Source: an uncultured Oscillospiraceae bacterium (GTDB lineage Bacteria; Bacillota; Clostridia; Christensenellales; Aristaeellaceae). Taken from it: a stretch of 51,635 nt of DNA. The notes beneath the pieces are model-generated. The model ran no database searches. It saw only the letters and a program-made list of their open reading frames with translations, and was not told where the DNA came from. The first letter of the stretch is position 1, and every line of letters begins with the position of its first letter. Of this stretch, positions 34,453 to 44,374 are shown piece by piece. The position numbers and the translations under genes were made by a program. The DNA is taken from positions 1 to 51,635 of the forward strand of contig CAYTOU010000001.1 of NCBI GenBank assembly GCA_964439295.1. The letters run 5' to 3'.

Positions 34453-35916
34453 TCAGATAATCAGTGAGTACACACTGTAGCCCACATTATAATATATAAA
34501 GAGCACAATCGCAAGCGCATAAAGTACAATGCGCCAACCTTTGCGCGATGATAACAGAGCGAGCATTATGTAAAGCGGGTACATCGCCGCGATGTACCTT
34601 ATGCCCGATATCAGCCGCGTCGATGAAAACACAAGCGCCACATAGCACCACGCATAGGCATTGTCGCCCGCGTCGCCGCGCCTTATAAAGCATAAGAGTA
34701 AAAGCGGCAGTGCAAGCGCCATGACTGTCTGCGGCAGGTATACGCCCATCACGTACGTTGCATTGCTGCCCGCGCGCAGGCAACCTATAAGCTGTTCGGC
34801 GCTAATGCGCACGCAGTTCCATATCGGCGTAAGCTCATTGCCCCAGTTGAGCTCCTGATAGTACAAAAACGCCGTGGGTGAACCGTATACCGCGTAGTTT
34901 ATCGCCATGTATCCGACATAGCCTAGTAGTATGCACGCGGTCAGTGCCACGCGCGACCATACCTTGCGCATGCGCACGCTGTGGTGCAATCGCTCGTCCA
35001 ATGTGGCGCGCGCGGTTATGCCGCCCACGTCCTGCCTTTCGCGCATGACAATGTCCGAGCTTGTCGGGTATCGGTCAAGGCTCTTAAGCATCTCGTAAAA
35101 CACGGGCACGGTCGCGAATATGCCGAACTGCCGCGTAAAGCTGGCATACGCGCCCGCCAGTATCGCGGGTATAAAGTGCCGCTTTCGCGCAAAGTACACC
35201 GCCAGCAGCGTAAAGAACATAAACGCGCTTTCCGAATGCGTGGCGGAAAATACGCATGCCGCAATCGAGAAGTAAAAGAAGAAGCAGCACCTGCGCGCCG
35301 CGGGCTCGCTGTACATGTCGGATACCATCGAATACAGTATCAGTCCCGAGCCCAGCGCCATCGCGTTTGACAGTATCATTCCACTCAATACGTAATTGCC
35401 CACAATGTAATTGAGCGCGCGTATCATAACCGCAAAGCCGGGCATGAACACTATCGTATATTCCTGTATGTAATCCTCTATGCCGAAGTCTTCAAAGCCG
35501 TACCAATGCTCGGCAATGCGCGTATAGTTGACCGCGTCCCACTTGTTTACATACCCGGATATGGTTTCAAGGCTGATTAATGGGTAATTCTTTGAGCGCA
35601 AGTACAACTGCAGCACACCCAGCCACAGCGCGCGCGAGGCTATAAACATGAGTAGCACCCAGCATACCGCGCGCACCGGGCGCGTGCCAAAGCGCATAAA
35701 GCGTATCTCTTCGCGCATCTCCGGCTTATGCGTATGCGCAAAGTACCTGCCGCTGTAGCCTTCATAGAAGTAGCGCGGCAGATACCACACCAGCACAGCC
35801 GTCATGAGCAACGCGACTATCAGCGGATACGCGTCGCACAGAAAGCTCTCTATGCCCGAAAACGCCTGCGACCGCACAAATGACATTACCTTTTCCATAA
35901 AAGCAGAGTATTGCAC
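34453..35916 (-). CDS. Multi-pass membrane protein, GT-C-like glycosyl/mannosyltransferase fold (PIG-V/DUF2029-like)
   Basis: 487 aa with >10 predicted TM segments. The loop segment NKWDAVNYTRIAEHWY resembles GT-C mannosyltransferase-like families. The function call is weak. Confidence 0.55.
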   Translation of the reverse strand: MQYSAFMEKVMSFVRSQAFSGIESFLCDAYPLIVALLMTAVLVWYLPRYFYEGYSGRYFAHTHKPEMREEIRFMRFGTRPVRAVCWVLLMFIASRALWLGVLQLYLRSKNYPLISLETISGYVNKWDAVNYTRIAEHWYGFEDFGIEDYIQEYTIVFMPGFAVMIRALNYIVGNYVLSGMILSNAMALGSGLILYSMVSDMYSEPAARRCCFFFYFSIAACVFSATHSESAFMFFTLLAVYFARKRHFIPAILAGAYASFTRQFGIFATVPVFYEMLKSLDRYPTSSDIVMRERQDVGGITARATLDERLHHSVRMRKVWSRVALTACILLGYVGYMAINYAVYGSPTAFLYYQELNWGNELTPIWNCVRISAEQLIGCLRAGSNATYVMGVYLPQTVMALALPLLLLCFIRRGDAGDNAYAWCYVALVFSSTRLISGIRYIAAMYPLYIMLALLSSRKGWRIVLYALAIVLFIYYNVGYSVYSLII

Positions 35917-35945
35917 TTGACCACTCCCCTTGGATAAAACACGCG

Positions 35946-37538
35946 TCAGCTGTTATGCGTGCTACGCACCTTTTCCCAGCCCTCAACCTCTTTGAGCAGC
36001 ATATACGTTATCGCCTCGTCCAAAGCGTGCAGGCACGCCTCTATTATATTAGAAGACACGCCCACCGTCGCCCATGTGTGCACGCCATCGGACGATTCGA
36101 TATGCACGCGTACGGTCGACGCGGTGCCGCCGTTATCCAGTACGCGCACCTTAAAGTCCCTAAGGTACATCTTGTTTAGACTCGGATAGAACACCTGCAG
36201 CGCCTTGCGAAGCGCTATGTCCAGCGCGTTTACAGGACCATCGCCCTCGGCGGCGGTCACTTCCTCGCGCCCGTCCACCGCGACCTTGACCATCGCGATT
36301 GCGCTGCGCTCGTCATACTGCCTATGCGTAATCACCTGAAAGTCCTTTAGGTCGAAAAAGCTCATGCGCTTGCCCAGCGACTCAAGCACCAGTAGCTCCA
36401 ATGACCCTTCTGCGGCCTCGTACGAATAGCCCAGCCATTCGCGCTCCTTGAGCCTGGTCACTATGTCGCGCGCCTGTTCGCTGCCCAGCTCTATCTGCGG
36501 CGCGACTCGCTCCATCTGGTTCATGAGTCCCGACTTGCCCACAACCTCGCTGACCAGCTCGCGGCGCTTGTTGCCCACGGTTTCGGGCGGCACATGCTCG
36601 TATGTCTTGGGGTTTTTGTTGACGGCATCCTGATGCATGCCCGCCTTATGCGCAAACGCCGCGCGTCCCACGTACGGCATGCTGCGCGGCAGTGCCTTGT
36701 TTGCGACCTCGGCCACGAAATTGGCAGTGCCGGTCAGTTGATCCAGGTGAAACGCACCCGCCTCGCACCCCATCTTGAGTATCAGATTAGGCACAAGCGC
36801 GCACAGGTTCGCATTGCCGCACCTTTCGCCATAGCCGTTCATGGTGCATTGCACCTGTATGGCGCCGGCACTGACCGCGCTCATGGCGTTGGCGACCGCG
36901 AGCGCAATGTCGTCATGCGTATGTATGCCCACCATGTCGCCCACCGCATCGATTGCGTCTTTGGTTGCGCGCGCTATGCCATCGGGCTGCATTGCGCCGT
37001 TGGTATCGCATAGTATTATGCGATTTGCGCCGCCCTCGCGCGCGGCTTTGAGCGTGCCCAGCGCATACTCGCGGTCATCCAGCCAGCCGTCAAAGAACTG
37101 TTCGGCATCGAAAAAGACCTCTATGCCCGCGCCGACAAGGTACTTTACCGATTCGCGTATCATGCGCAGGTTTTCGTCAAGCTCTGTGCGCAGTACCTCA
37201 CGCACATGAAATGCCGAGCTTTTGCCGAATATGCACGCCAGGCGCGCGCCCGAATCGATTATCGCGTTGAGTCCCACCGAGTTCTTTGCCTCTTCGCCCA
37301 CGCGGCAAGTGGCGCCGAACGCCGCTATGCGCGCGTTTTTGAGCTTCATTTGGGAACAGGCGTAGCGCATGAATTCCATGTCCTTGGGATTGGACGCGGG
37401 ATTGCCCGCCTCTATAAAGTCCACGCCCAGCTCATCCAGACGGCGCAGTACCTTCAGTTTATCCTCGCGCGAGAACACAACGCCCTCAGCCTGTGCTCCA
37501 TCGCGCAATGTGGTATCGAAAATCTCTATATGGCGCAT
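35946..37538 (-). CDS. cimA: Citramalate synthase (LeuA-family)
   Basis: 530 aa. N-terminus IEIFDTTLRDGAQAEGVVFSREDKLKVLRRLDELGVDFIEAG, plus a C-terminal LeuA-dimer-type regulatory domain. Length and sequence fit the CimA branch. Confidence 0.85.
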   Translation of the reverse strand: MRHIEIFDTTLRDGAQAEGVVFSREDKLKVLRRLDELGVDFIEAGNPASNPKDMEFMRYACSQMKLKNARIAAFGATCRVGEEAKNSVGLNAIIDSGARLACIFGKSSAFHVREVLRTELDENLRMIRESVKYLVGAGIEVFFDAEQFFDGWLDDREYALGTLKAAREGGANRIILCDTNGAMQPDGIARATKDAIDAVGDMVGIHTHDDIALAVANAMSAVSAGAIQVQCTMNGYGERCGNANLCALVPNLILKMGCEAGAFHLDQLTGTANFVAEVANKALPRSMPYVGRAAFAHKAGMHQDAVNKNPKTYEHVPPETVGNKRRELVSEVVGKSGLMNQMERVAPQIELGSEQARDIVTRLKEREWLGYSYEAAEGSLELLVLESLGKRMSFFDLKDFQVITHRQYDERSAIAMVKVAVDGREEVTAAEGDGPVNALDIALRKALQVFYPSLNKMYLRDFKVRVLDNGGTASTVRVHIESSDGVHTWATVGVSSNIIEACLHALDEAITYMLLKEVEGWEKVRSTHNS

Positions 37539-37646
37539 GGCTTTTCTCCTCTCGCGCAGCGCACCTCATGTGCATTATCGCATATTTTTCGGAAATAAAA
37601 TTTGTCTTTGTTCGAGCTTTTCTGTGGTATATTTACCTATAGTAAC

Positions 37647-37675
37647 AGTATATGCATTTTGGTGTATTGCGTCAA
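37647..37675 (-). promoter_or_regulatory. Putative sigma-A promoter of cimA
   Basis: On the minus strand: TTGACG (37670-37675, overlapping the helicase stop), 17-nt spacer, TATACT (37647-37652). Confidence 0.55.
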
Positions 37676-40011
37676 TACATCTCGCCGTGCCAGAATCGCT
37701 TAAGCAGCGCGCTCAATTCGCCCGGGCGCACATCGCCCACATGCCAGTGTGCCGGGAAAAGCTCGCTGTACGGCTCGCGAAAGAACCTTTCGTCCAGAAG
37801 TAGCGCCACGCCCGAATCATCCTCGGTGCGTATCACGCGCCCGGCGGCCTGAAGCACCTTGCATATGCCCGGGTACACGTACGCGTAGTTCATGCCCTCG
37901 CCCAGCTTTTTGTCAAAGTGCGCGCGCAGTGCCTCGCGTTCCGGGCAAATCTGCGGCAGTCCCACGCCCACTATCGCCGCGCCCGACAGCCTGTCCCCCG
38001 GCAGGTCGATGCCCTCGGAGAACACGCCGCCCATCGCAATGAAGGCGACCATGGACTTTTCGGGCGAAGGCTTGAATTTGAGCAGGAACTCATCGCGCTT
38101 TGCGTCGGTCATGCCCGGGTGTTGCTCCATGACGGTAACGTCCTTATACTTTCGTTTGAACTCGGACGCCGCCGCGCGCAAATATGCGTATGACGGAAAG
38201 CACGCGATATAGTTGCCGGTATGCGCCTTTGCCATACAGTATACCGCATCGGCGATTTGGCTAAGCGTCGACGCGCGCTGAGAATAGCGCGTGGCTATAG
38301 GCAAGCGCCGTATCAGGAAGTTTTCGCTTAGGAAAGGCGAAGGCAGCTCCAACTTGGTATCGCCTTCATCCTCGTTGAGTCCCAATGCCGAAAAGTAGTA
38401 CTTCATGGGCGTGAGTGTCGCCGAAAACAGCACAGTCGCGCGCGCCTTCTTAAGGCACTTATGTATATGCTCGGTCGCGTCCACGCACAGCTGAGTCACG
38501 TCAACCGCGCGGTCGTGCGGCTCGTAGAGCGTCGCGTAGTTTTCGCCGTCGTACATAGCGCCCACGCGCGCAAAGTCGAGCAAACCGAACCAGCGCTCCG
38601 CCCACTCGCCCGCGCAATCGGCCTCACCCGAAAGCGACGGCGATGTCGAATCGGTCAGCTCCTGACACGCATGTATGAGCGCATCCGGGCGCTCATTGTC
38701 AAACGCGGGCTGCTCCCTGCCCACCGCGAACGCGCGCCATACTGTCATGAACTTGACAAGCTGCTTGCACTCGTGCGAATCCGGACCCAGCTGCGCATTA
38801 AGGTGCCTAAAGAGCTTCACATAATCGTCGAACGCTATCGAACACGAAAGCATATCGCGCGCGCGCGACTCAAGGTTATGCGCCTCGTCAATGAGCAAGC
38901 CGAACTGCGACTTGGTGGTGAAATAGCGCCTGAGATACGCATTTGGGTCGAACACGTAATTGTAATCGCATATGATTACGTCCGACATCTCGCTTATGTC
39001 AAGTGACAATTCAAACGGGCATATTTCGTACTTCTGCGCCAGTGCGCGTATGAAGTCGTAATCGTAATCTAAGCTATCCCTCGCATCGTCCAGCGCGGCG
39101 CGGCGCTTGTCGTAATACCCGGCGCAATAGGGGCAACTTTCGGGTATGCAGCGCGCGCCCGGCGTCATGCAAATCTGCTCCTTTGCGGTTATGACGCATG
39201 TCCTGGCGCGCAGGCCCTCGCGCTTAAGCAATTGCATACAGTCCCACGCCGCGCGCCGCGTCGTGCGCCGCGCGGTCAGGTACATGACTTTGCTTATATG
39301 CCCATCGCCCAGCGCCTTGAGCGCCGGAAAGAGCGCGCCGGCGGTCTTGCCCGTGCCGGTCGGCGCTTGCACGAGTAGACCGTGCCTGTCGCGCATTGCG
39401 CGGTATGACATTACCGCCATCTTGCGCTGACCCGTGCGGTAGCCGCCGAACGGGAACTTCATTTCATGTATGGACTCATCGCGCGCGTCCTGAAACTTGA
39501 CCTGAGCATCCAGCCAGTTGGCGTAAGGCTCAAGCAGGTCGTTAAAGTCGCGCTCAAGCGCTTCTATAGTAAACTCGCGCGTAAAGCGCGTATTTGAGCC
39601 GCTTGCCGATGAGTGCACGTATACAAGGCACACCGTGGCGCGCGCAAGCGCATTGGCCTTGCACGCCATATACGCATAGCCCTTGGCCTGTGCCCAGTGC
39701 ACCGGATAGTCGTCTATTCGCACGCGCCCGGATGCGGACTTGATTTCCTCGATAAGCACATACCCGTCCCCCAGCATGAGCCCATCCGCGCGCCCGCTGA
39801 CAAGCAGGTCGCAGGTCTTTGTGGGGACGGTTATTTCAAGCGGCACTTCGGCACGCATGTCGCCCTCGTACTGCCCCTGCAGCATTTGGTGATTGAGCAT
39901 GCCCTCGCGCATGCGTTGAGCGTTTGCGCCCTCGGCGCGCAGATCGCCTTTGAGCAGAGAAAACTCCGCCAGTCCCCGCATGCTTATCCGCTCCGTGCGC
40001 ATACTCTTCAC
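37672..40011 (-). CDS. Fusion protein: N-terminal RecB-like PD-(D/E)XK nuclease domain + XPD/DinG-like SF2 helicase
   Basis: 779 aa. Nuclease motifs GRADGL...IEEIKS...QAKGY. Helicase Walker A QAPTGTGKT, DEAH box (LLIDEAHNLE), and the four-Cys cluster CMTPGARCIPESCPYC between them. Helicase-C region near the C-terminus. Confidence 0.85.
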   Translation of the reverse strand: MKSMRTERISMRGLAEFSLLKGDLRAEGANAQRMREGMLNHQMLQGQYEGDMRAEVPLEITVPTKTCDLLVSGRADGLMLGDGYVLIEEIKSASGRVRIDDYPVHWAQAKGYAYMACKANALARATVCLVYVHSSASGSNTRFTREFTIEALERDFNDLLEPYANWLDAQVKFQDARDESIHEMKFPFGGYRTGQRKMAVMSYRAMRDRHGLLVQAPTGTGKTAGALFPALKALGDGHISKVMYLTARRTTRRAAWDCMQLLKREGLRARTCVITAKEQICMTPGARCIPESCPYCAGYYDKRRAALDDARDSLDYDYDFIRALAQKYEICPFELSLDISEMSDVIICDYNYVFDPNAYLRRYFTTKSQFGLLIDEAHNLESRARDMLSCSIAFDDYVKLFRHLNAQLGPDSHECKQLVKFMTVWRAFAVGREQPAFDNERPDALIHACQELTDSTSPSLSGEADCAGEWAERWFGLLDFARVGAMYDGENYATLYEPHDRAVDVTQLCVDATEHIHKCLKKARATVLFSATLTPMKYYFSALGLNEDEGDTKLELPSPFLSENFLIRRLPIATRYSQRASTLSQIADAVYCMAKAHTGNYIACFPSYAYLRAAASEFKRKYKDVTVMEQHPGMTDAKRDEFLLKFKPSPEKSMVAFIAMGGVFSEGIDLPGDRLSGAAIVGVGLPQICPEREALRAHFDKKLGEGMNYAYVYPGICKVLQAAGRVIRTEDDSGVALLLDERFFREPYSELFPAHWHVGDVRPGELSALLKRFWHGEMY

Positions 40012-40106
40012 CCCTTACCGTATGATTATAAGCGGGTGTCTATATTCAAGTCAAGCGCGCACACATTTAGCCCAACAATTGTTCGCAACCTTTTGCCGTA
40101 TTATGG

Positions 40107-40134
40107 TTGACACAGCACGATATGAAGGTACAAT
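40107..40134 (+). promoter_or_regulatory. Putative sigma-A promoter of manA-rsmF-uppP
   Basis: TTGACA (40107-40112), 16-nt spacer, TACAAT (40129-40134). Confidence 0.5.
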
Positions 40135-40167
40135 TATAGCATACAATACGATTCGGAGGGATATGCA

Positions 40168-41109
40168 ATGACTGTCTGTCCCCTTAAAATGAAACCCTAT
40201 TTCCGCCACGGCTCGGAGACACCGTGGGGCGGAAGCAAGCTGCGTACACTGTACGGCAAGGACATACCCGACGACATGACCGGCGAAAGTCTGGAGATTT
40301 CCGCACTTCCCGGGCGCGAAAGCGTCATAGTAAACGGCGAATTGAGCGGTAAGACATTGACTCAAGCCGCGCAGATAATGGGCGCGGATCTCTTGGGCGA
40401 ATTCAATGAGTTCCCGCTGCTGCTTAAATTGCTGGACGCGAAGGAGCGCCTAAGCGTTCAGGTACACCCGGACGATGATTACGCGTCGCGGGTAGAAAAC
40501 AAGCGTGGCAAGACCGAGGCGTGGTATATACTCAGTGCCGATGAGGGCGCGCGTCTGGTTTTCGGCGTAAAGGCCAAGTCGTCCGAGGAGCTCAAAGAGG
40601 TCGTAGCATCCGGCCACATAGAGGACACTCTCAACTGGATAGACGTGCATCCGGGCGACTGCCTATACATACGCAGCGGCACGGTACACGCTATAGGCGG
40701 CGGCATAGTGCTATACGAAATACAGCAGTCGTCCGATGTAACATACCGCATGTGGGACTGGGGACGTCCGCGCGAGATACATACCCAAAAGGCGCTGGAC
40801 GTGACGCGTTGCGACATAGTCACGCGCCCGGTCGAGGCGACTGTATCCGATGTAATTGGCGGCAAGCGCATATCGCTTATAGACGGCGACTTCTTTAAGC
40901 TGAACCGTCTGGATGTGATGGGACGCATGCCGATTACGACAAACAGCTTTGCGCTTATAACCGCGTTGGGCGAAGGCGAAATCGAGTACGATGGCGGCAT
41001 TCTTGCCATGCATAACGGCGAAAGCGCACTGATACCCGCGGCTTTAAACAGCTTCATGATATCCGGACACCTAACCGTGCTCATGTCCGAGCCGGGCGCA
41101 CGCGCATGA
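40168..41109 (+). CDS. manA: Mannose-6-phosphate isomerase, class I
   Basis: 313 aa with motifs ETPWGG, LSVQVHPDD and KTEAWYIL. GGAGGG 7 nt upstream of the ATG. Confidence 0.88.
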   Translation: MTVCPLKMKPYFRHGSETPWGGSKLRTLYGKDIPDDMTGESLEISALPGRESVIVNGELSGKTLTQAAQIMGADLLGEFNEFPLLLKLLDAKERLSVQVHPDDDYASRVENKRGKTEAWYILSADEGARLVFGVKAKSSEELKEVVASGHIEDTLNWIDVHPGDCLYIRSGTVHAIGGGIVLYEIQQSSDVTYRMWDWGRPREIHTQKALDVTRCDIVTRPVEATVSDVIGGKRISLIDGDFFKLNRLDVMGRMPITTNSFALITALGEGEIEYDGGILAMHNGESALIPAALNSFMISGHLTVLMSEPGARA

Positions 41110-42527
41110 TGCGCGCAGAGGATTTGCCGATTGAATTCCGGCGTGAAATAGAGGCGATACTGGGCAGCGAGTCGGACGCGTTCTTTGCATCGTACAAAAA
41201 GCCGCACATGCGCGCACTCAGGCTCAATGCGCGCAGGGGGCTTAATGAGCATTGCGCGCAACCCGCACTCGCGCTTGACGGCAGCTCCGACTTTGCCGCC
41301 GCGCTCAAGCTGGCGGGCGAGTTTGTGGGGAGCGCCGTACCATGGCAGGCGGGCGCGTACCGCATAGAGGGCGATTGCATGCCCGGGTCGTCAATTCTGC
41401 ATTTGCTGGGGCTATACTACATGCAGGAGCCGTCCGCGATGAGCGCGGGCGCGGCACTTGCGGTTCAGCCCGGCATGCGCGTGCTGGACATGTGCGCGGC
41501 ACCCGGCGGCAAGAGTTCGCAGCTGGCGGCGGCGCTGTGCGGGCGCGGACTGCTCATATCAAACGAGCCGATAACCTCGCGCGCGCAGATGCTGGCGTCC
41601 AATTTGGAGCGGCAGGGCTTTTCAAACGCCGTCGTTACCAATGAATACCCCGACAAGCTGGCATCGCGCTGGGGACGCACGTTCGACGCCATACTGGTGG
41701 ACGCGCCTTGCTCGGGCGAAGGCATGTTCAGGCGCGATGAAGAAGCCGTGCGCCAATGGTCGCCCGACGCGCCGCGCATGTGTCACGAGCGTCAGGCGGG
41801 CATACTGGACAGCGCGTACGAATTGCTAAAGTGCGGCGGCGCGATGGTGTATTCGACCTGCACATTCAACCGCACGGAAAACGAATGTACTATATCCGAA
41901 TTTCTAATGCGCCACCCCGATATGGAGGTCGAGGACTTTGCGCTCCCCGGACTTCCCGCATCGCAGGGCGGCATGCTGCGCATATGGCCGCATCGCGTGG
42001 ACGGCGAAGGGCACTTCATATGCCGCATGCGCAAGCAGGGCGTTGAAGAAGAAAAGACCGTAAAGCGGCGCGGCGCAAAGGGACGCAATACAAAAAACAC
42101 AAACGGCGAAGCCGAAAGCGTGCTCAAGCGCCTGCGCAGTACGACCCCGCTGCCCGATATAGCCGGAACGCCAATTATGTACGGGCAAAGGCTATACATG
42201 CTGCCCGAAGGTTGTCCGGATCTTGACGGCATACGCGTCATGCGCGCCGGGCTTGAGATGTGCCTTGCGGGGCGCAGCCATGTTGAGCCGGCGTACGCAT
42301 TGGGGCGCGCGCTTGCGCCCGATCAAAGTGCCGCGGAGGTTACGCTTGAAAACGCGCTGCGCCTGATACGCGGCGAGAGCATCGATATGGACCTGCCCGA
42401 CGGCTGGATACTCATGTGCCTAAAGGGGCTACCCATATGTTTTGGCAAGTCGCACGGCGGCACTGTAAAAAGCCATTTTCCCAAGGGACTCAAGCCGCTG
42501 GGCTTATTGACGGAGGAGAATAAATGA
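41106..42527 (+). CDS. RsmB/RsmF-family (NOL1/NOP2/Sun) RNA m5C methyltransferase
   Basis: 473 aa with motifs DMCAAPGGKS, DAPCSGEGMFRR and YSTCT. 4-nt overlap with the manA stop. Confidence 0.85.
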   Translation: MMRAEDLPIEFRREIEAILGSESDAFFASYKKPHMRALRLNARRGLNEHCAQPALALDGSSDFAAALKLAGEFVGSAVPWQAGAYRIEGDCMPGSSILHLLGLYYMQEPSAMSAGAALAVQPGMRVLDMCAAPGGKSSQLAAALCGRGLLISNEPITSRAQMLASNLERQGFSNAVVTNEYPDKLASRWGRTFDAILVDAPCSGEGMFRRDEEAVRQWSPDAPRMCHERQAGILDSAYELLKCGGAMVYSTCTFNRTENECTISEFLMRHPDMEVEDFALPGLPASQGGMLRIWPHRVDGEGHFICRMRKQGVEEEKTVKRRGAKGRNTKNTNGEAESVLKRLRSTTPLPDIAGTPIMYGQRLYMLPEGCPDLDGIRVMRAGLEMCLAGRSHVEPAYALGRALAPDQSAAEVTLENALRLIRGESIDMDLPDGWILMCLKGLPICFGKSHGGTVKSHFPKGLKPLGLLTEENK

Positions 42528-43321
42528 ATCTGAACTTATTTCAAGCCGTGATAATGGGCATCACGCAGGGGCTGAGCGAGTTTCTGCCGATAAGCTCATC
42601 GGGGCATCTGCTGCTGGTGCAAAAGCTGCTGGGCATACCCTCAACGGGTTTATTGCTTGAGGTACTTTTGCACGTGGGCACGCTGGTCGCCGTAGTGATA
42701 ATGTACTTTAAGCTGTTTTGGAATATGGTGCGCCACCCGATCAGGAGTCTACTGCCCGAGCTGGTCGTCGCGACCATACCCGCCGTCATCGCAACGCTTT
42801 TGTTCGGCGACTTTTTCGATTCGGCTTTTGAAGGAAAATTCTTGGGATTCTCGTTTTTGATTACTTCGGTACTGCTTGTTTTGTCCGATGTAATTTCAAA
42901 GCGCGCGGTGACGCATGACCGCTTGACTTGGCGTGATACAATCGTAATGGGCATAATGCAGGCGTTTGCGATACTGCCCGGCGTATCGCGCTCGGGCTCG
43001 ACAATCGCGGGCGGCGTATCCACCGGACTCAAGCGCAAAAAGGCCGCCGACTTTTCGTTTATGATGAGCGCGCCGGCGATATTAGGATCGCTGGTCATGT
43101 CGCTTAAGGACCTACTGACCGGCGAGGGCATTGACCCCGCCTCAATCAACTGGACGACAACGCTTATCGCGATGATAGTCGCCGCCGCGTCCGGACTCAT
43201 CGCGATCAACTTTATGCTCCGTATAATTCGCCGCTGCCCCATGCGCTACTTCGCAATATACACAGGAATATTGGGCGTTTATGTACTTATTGATCAATAC
43301 TTCCTGCATCTGCTGTTTTAA
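42524..43321 (+). CDS. uppP: Undecaprenyl-diphosphate phosphatase
   Basis: 265 aa, BacA family, with motifs EFLPISSSGHL and PGVSRSGSTI. Confidence 0.93.
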   Translation: MNLNLFQAVIMGITQGLSEFLPISSSGHLLLVQKLLGIPSTGLLLEVLLHVGTLVAVVIMYFKLFWNMVRHPIRSLLPELVVATIPAVIATLLFGDFFDSAFEGKFLGFSFLITSVLLVLSDVISKRAVTHDRLTWRDTIVMGIMQAFAILPGVSRSGSTIAGGVSTGLKRKKAADFSFMMSAPAILGSLVMSLKDLLTGEGIDPASINWTTTLIAMIVAAASGLIAINFMLRIIRRCPMRYFAIYTGILGVYVLIDQYFLHLLF

Positions 43322-43346
43322 GTTTAAAATGCGCAAGTAATCGCAC

Positions 43347-43375
43347 TTGACAGATACCGCGCGTTAATTTATACT
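43347..43375 (+). promoter_or_regulatory. Near-consensus sigma-A promoter of the rpmH operon
   Basis: TTGACA (43347-43352), 17-nt spacer, TATACT (43370-43375). Gives a ~95-nt leader before rpmH. Confidence 0.6.
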
Positions 43376-43474
43376 ATAGGAGTTGCATTGTCGGACTTTT
43401 TGCCCGCATAATCAATCAGCAGGATAGCATCCAACCGATGCCGCCGATATTAACATTGAAGGAGTGTTTTTCCC

Positions 43475-43615
43475 ATGGCCAACAAGATGACTTACCAGCC
43501 CAAGACCCGTCAGCGTTCCAAGGTGCACGGTTTCCGCGCACGCATGAAGACTAAGGACGGCCGCAACGTTCTGGCTCGTCGCCGCGCCCGTGGTCGCAAG
43601 GTTCTGTCCGCATAA
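43475..43615 (+). CDS. rpmH: 50S ribosomal protein L34
   Basis: Absent from the ORF track because it is under 60 aa. Translates to [53 protein letters not shown] lies 10 nt upstream. Confidence 0.93.
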   Translation: MANKMTYQPKTRQRSKVHGFRARMKTKDGRNVLARRRARGRKVLSA

Positions 43616-43729
43616 TCACAAATGAACGAAAAGCCGATTAATGCCCCTTTGAACGGCCCCGTCGGGGTTGAGCGCTCCGGCGCTTCAGCCGTGACGCGGG
43701 CTGATTCATTAATTACGCGGCGTTACCGC

Positions 43730-44086
43730 ATGGGACGCCGCGCATCACTGCATCGAAATCAGCAGTTCCAGTACGTATACCGCCGCGGCAAGTCGTCGGG
43801 GTGTACGCACTTTACCATGATATACCTGCCGGGCAAAAACCTGCGCGTGGGCATATCGGTAAGCCGCAAGGTGGGCTGTGCCGTCGTGCGCAACCGCATA
43901 CGGCGCCTGATGCGCGAAAACATTCGCCTGATGCAGTATGACATACGCCCCGGCCAATACGTATTCATTGCCCGCGCGCCCGCCGCGCAGGCTGATTACA
44001 AGACTTTTCACCGTTCGCTGAAGTACGTATTCCGGCGCGAGGGGCTGCTCACGGAGGTAGAAAATGGCCGGCAGCAGGATTCCTAA
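43730..44086 (+). CDS. rnpA: Ribonuclease P protein component
   Basis: Start moved to the ATG at 43730, giving [16 protein letters not shown] and [12 protein letters not shown], which are typical of RnpA. Lies downstream of rpmH. Confidence 0.9.
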   Translation: MGRRASLHRNQQFQYVYRRGKSSGCTHFTMIYLPGKNLRVGISVSRKVGCAVVRNRIRRLMRENIRLMQYDIRPGQYVFIARAPAAQADYKTFHRSLKYVFRREGLLTEVENGRQQDS

Positions 44087-44333
44087 CCCGTTTCGGGCAC
44101 TGTATCGGCTGATTTGTCTGATACTAAAGGGCGTATTCATTTTGCTTATACAGATATATAGGCACTTGATTTCGCCTCTTTTTCCGCCTTGCTGTCGATT
44201 TGTACCTACCTGCTCTCAATACGCGCTGGAAGCTGTCCGGCGCTATGGTCCGTTCAAGGGCGGCTGGCTCGCCATCCGCCGCATACTGCGCTGCCACCCG
44301 TTCAATCCGGGCGGCTATGATCCTGTGCCCTAA
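44064..44333 (+). CDS. yidD: Membrane protein insertion efficiency factor YidD
   Basis: Contains [31 protein letters not shown] and [17 protein letters not shown]. Overlaps the rnpA 3' end. Confidence 0.88.
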   Translation: MAGSRIPNPFRALYRLICLILKGVFILLIQIYRHLISPLFPPCCRFVPTCSQYALEAVRRYGPFKGGWLAIRRILRCHPFNPGGYDPVP

Positions 44334-44374
44334 CATAGTCAACGCTGCACCACATACTGGAGGGTTTAGCTTAA

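Noticed and set aside
40012-40167. oriC at the divergent helicase/manA junction, and likewise at 43322-43474 upstream of rpmH
   Set aside because: There are no TTATCCACA-like boxes and no AT-rich unwinding repeats, and dnaA/dnaN are absent. Both intervals are fully explained by ordinary promoters.
43622-43729. 36-codon N-terminal extension of rnpA (and similar track extensions at 13279, 20875, 24937, 27422 and 29104)
   Set aside because: The extensions have no homology-like content and overlap leaders or promoters. Internal starts give canonical N-termini, and most have good Shine-Dalgarno spacing.
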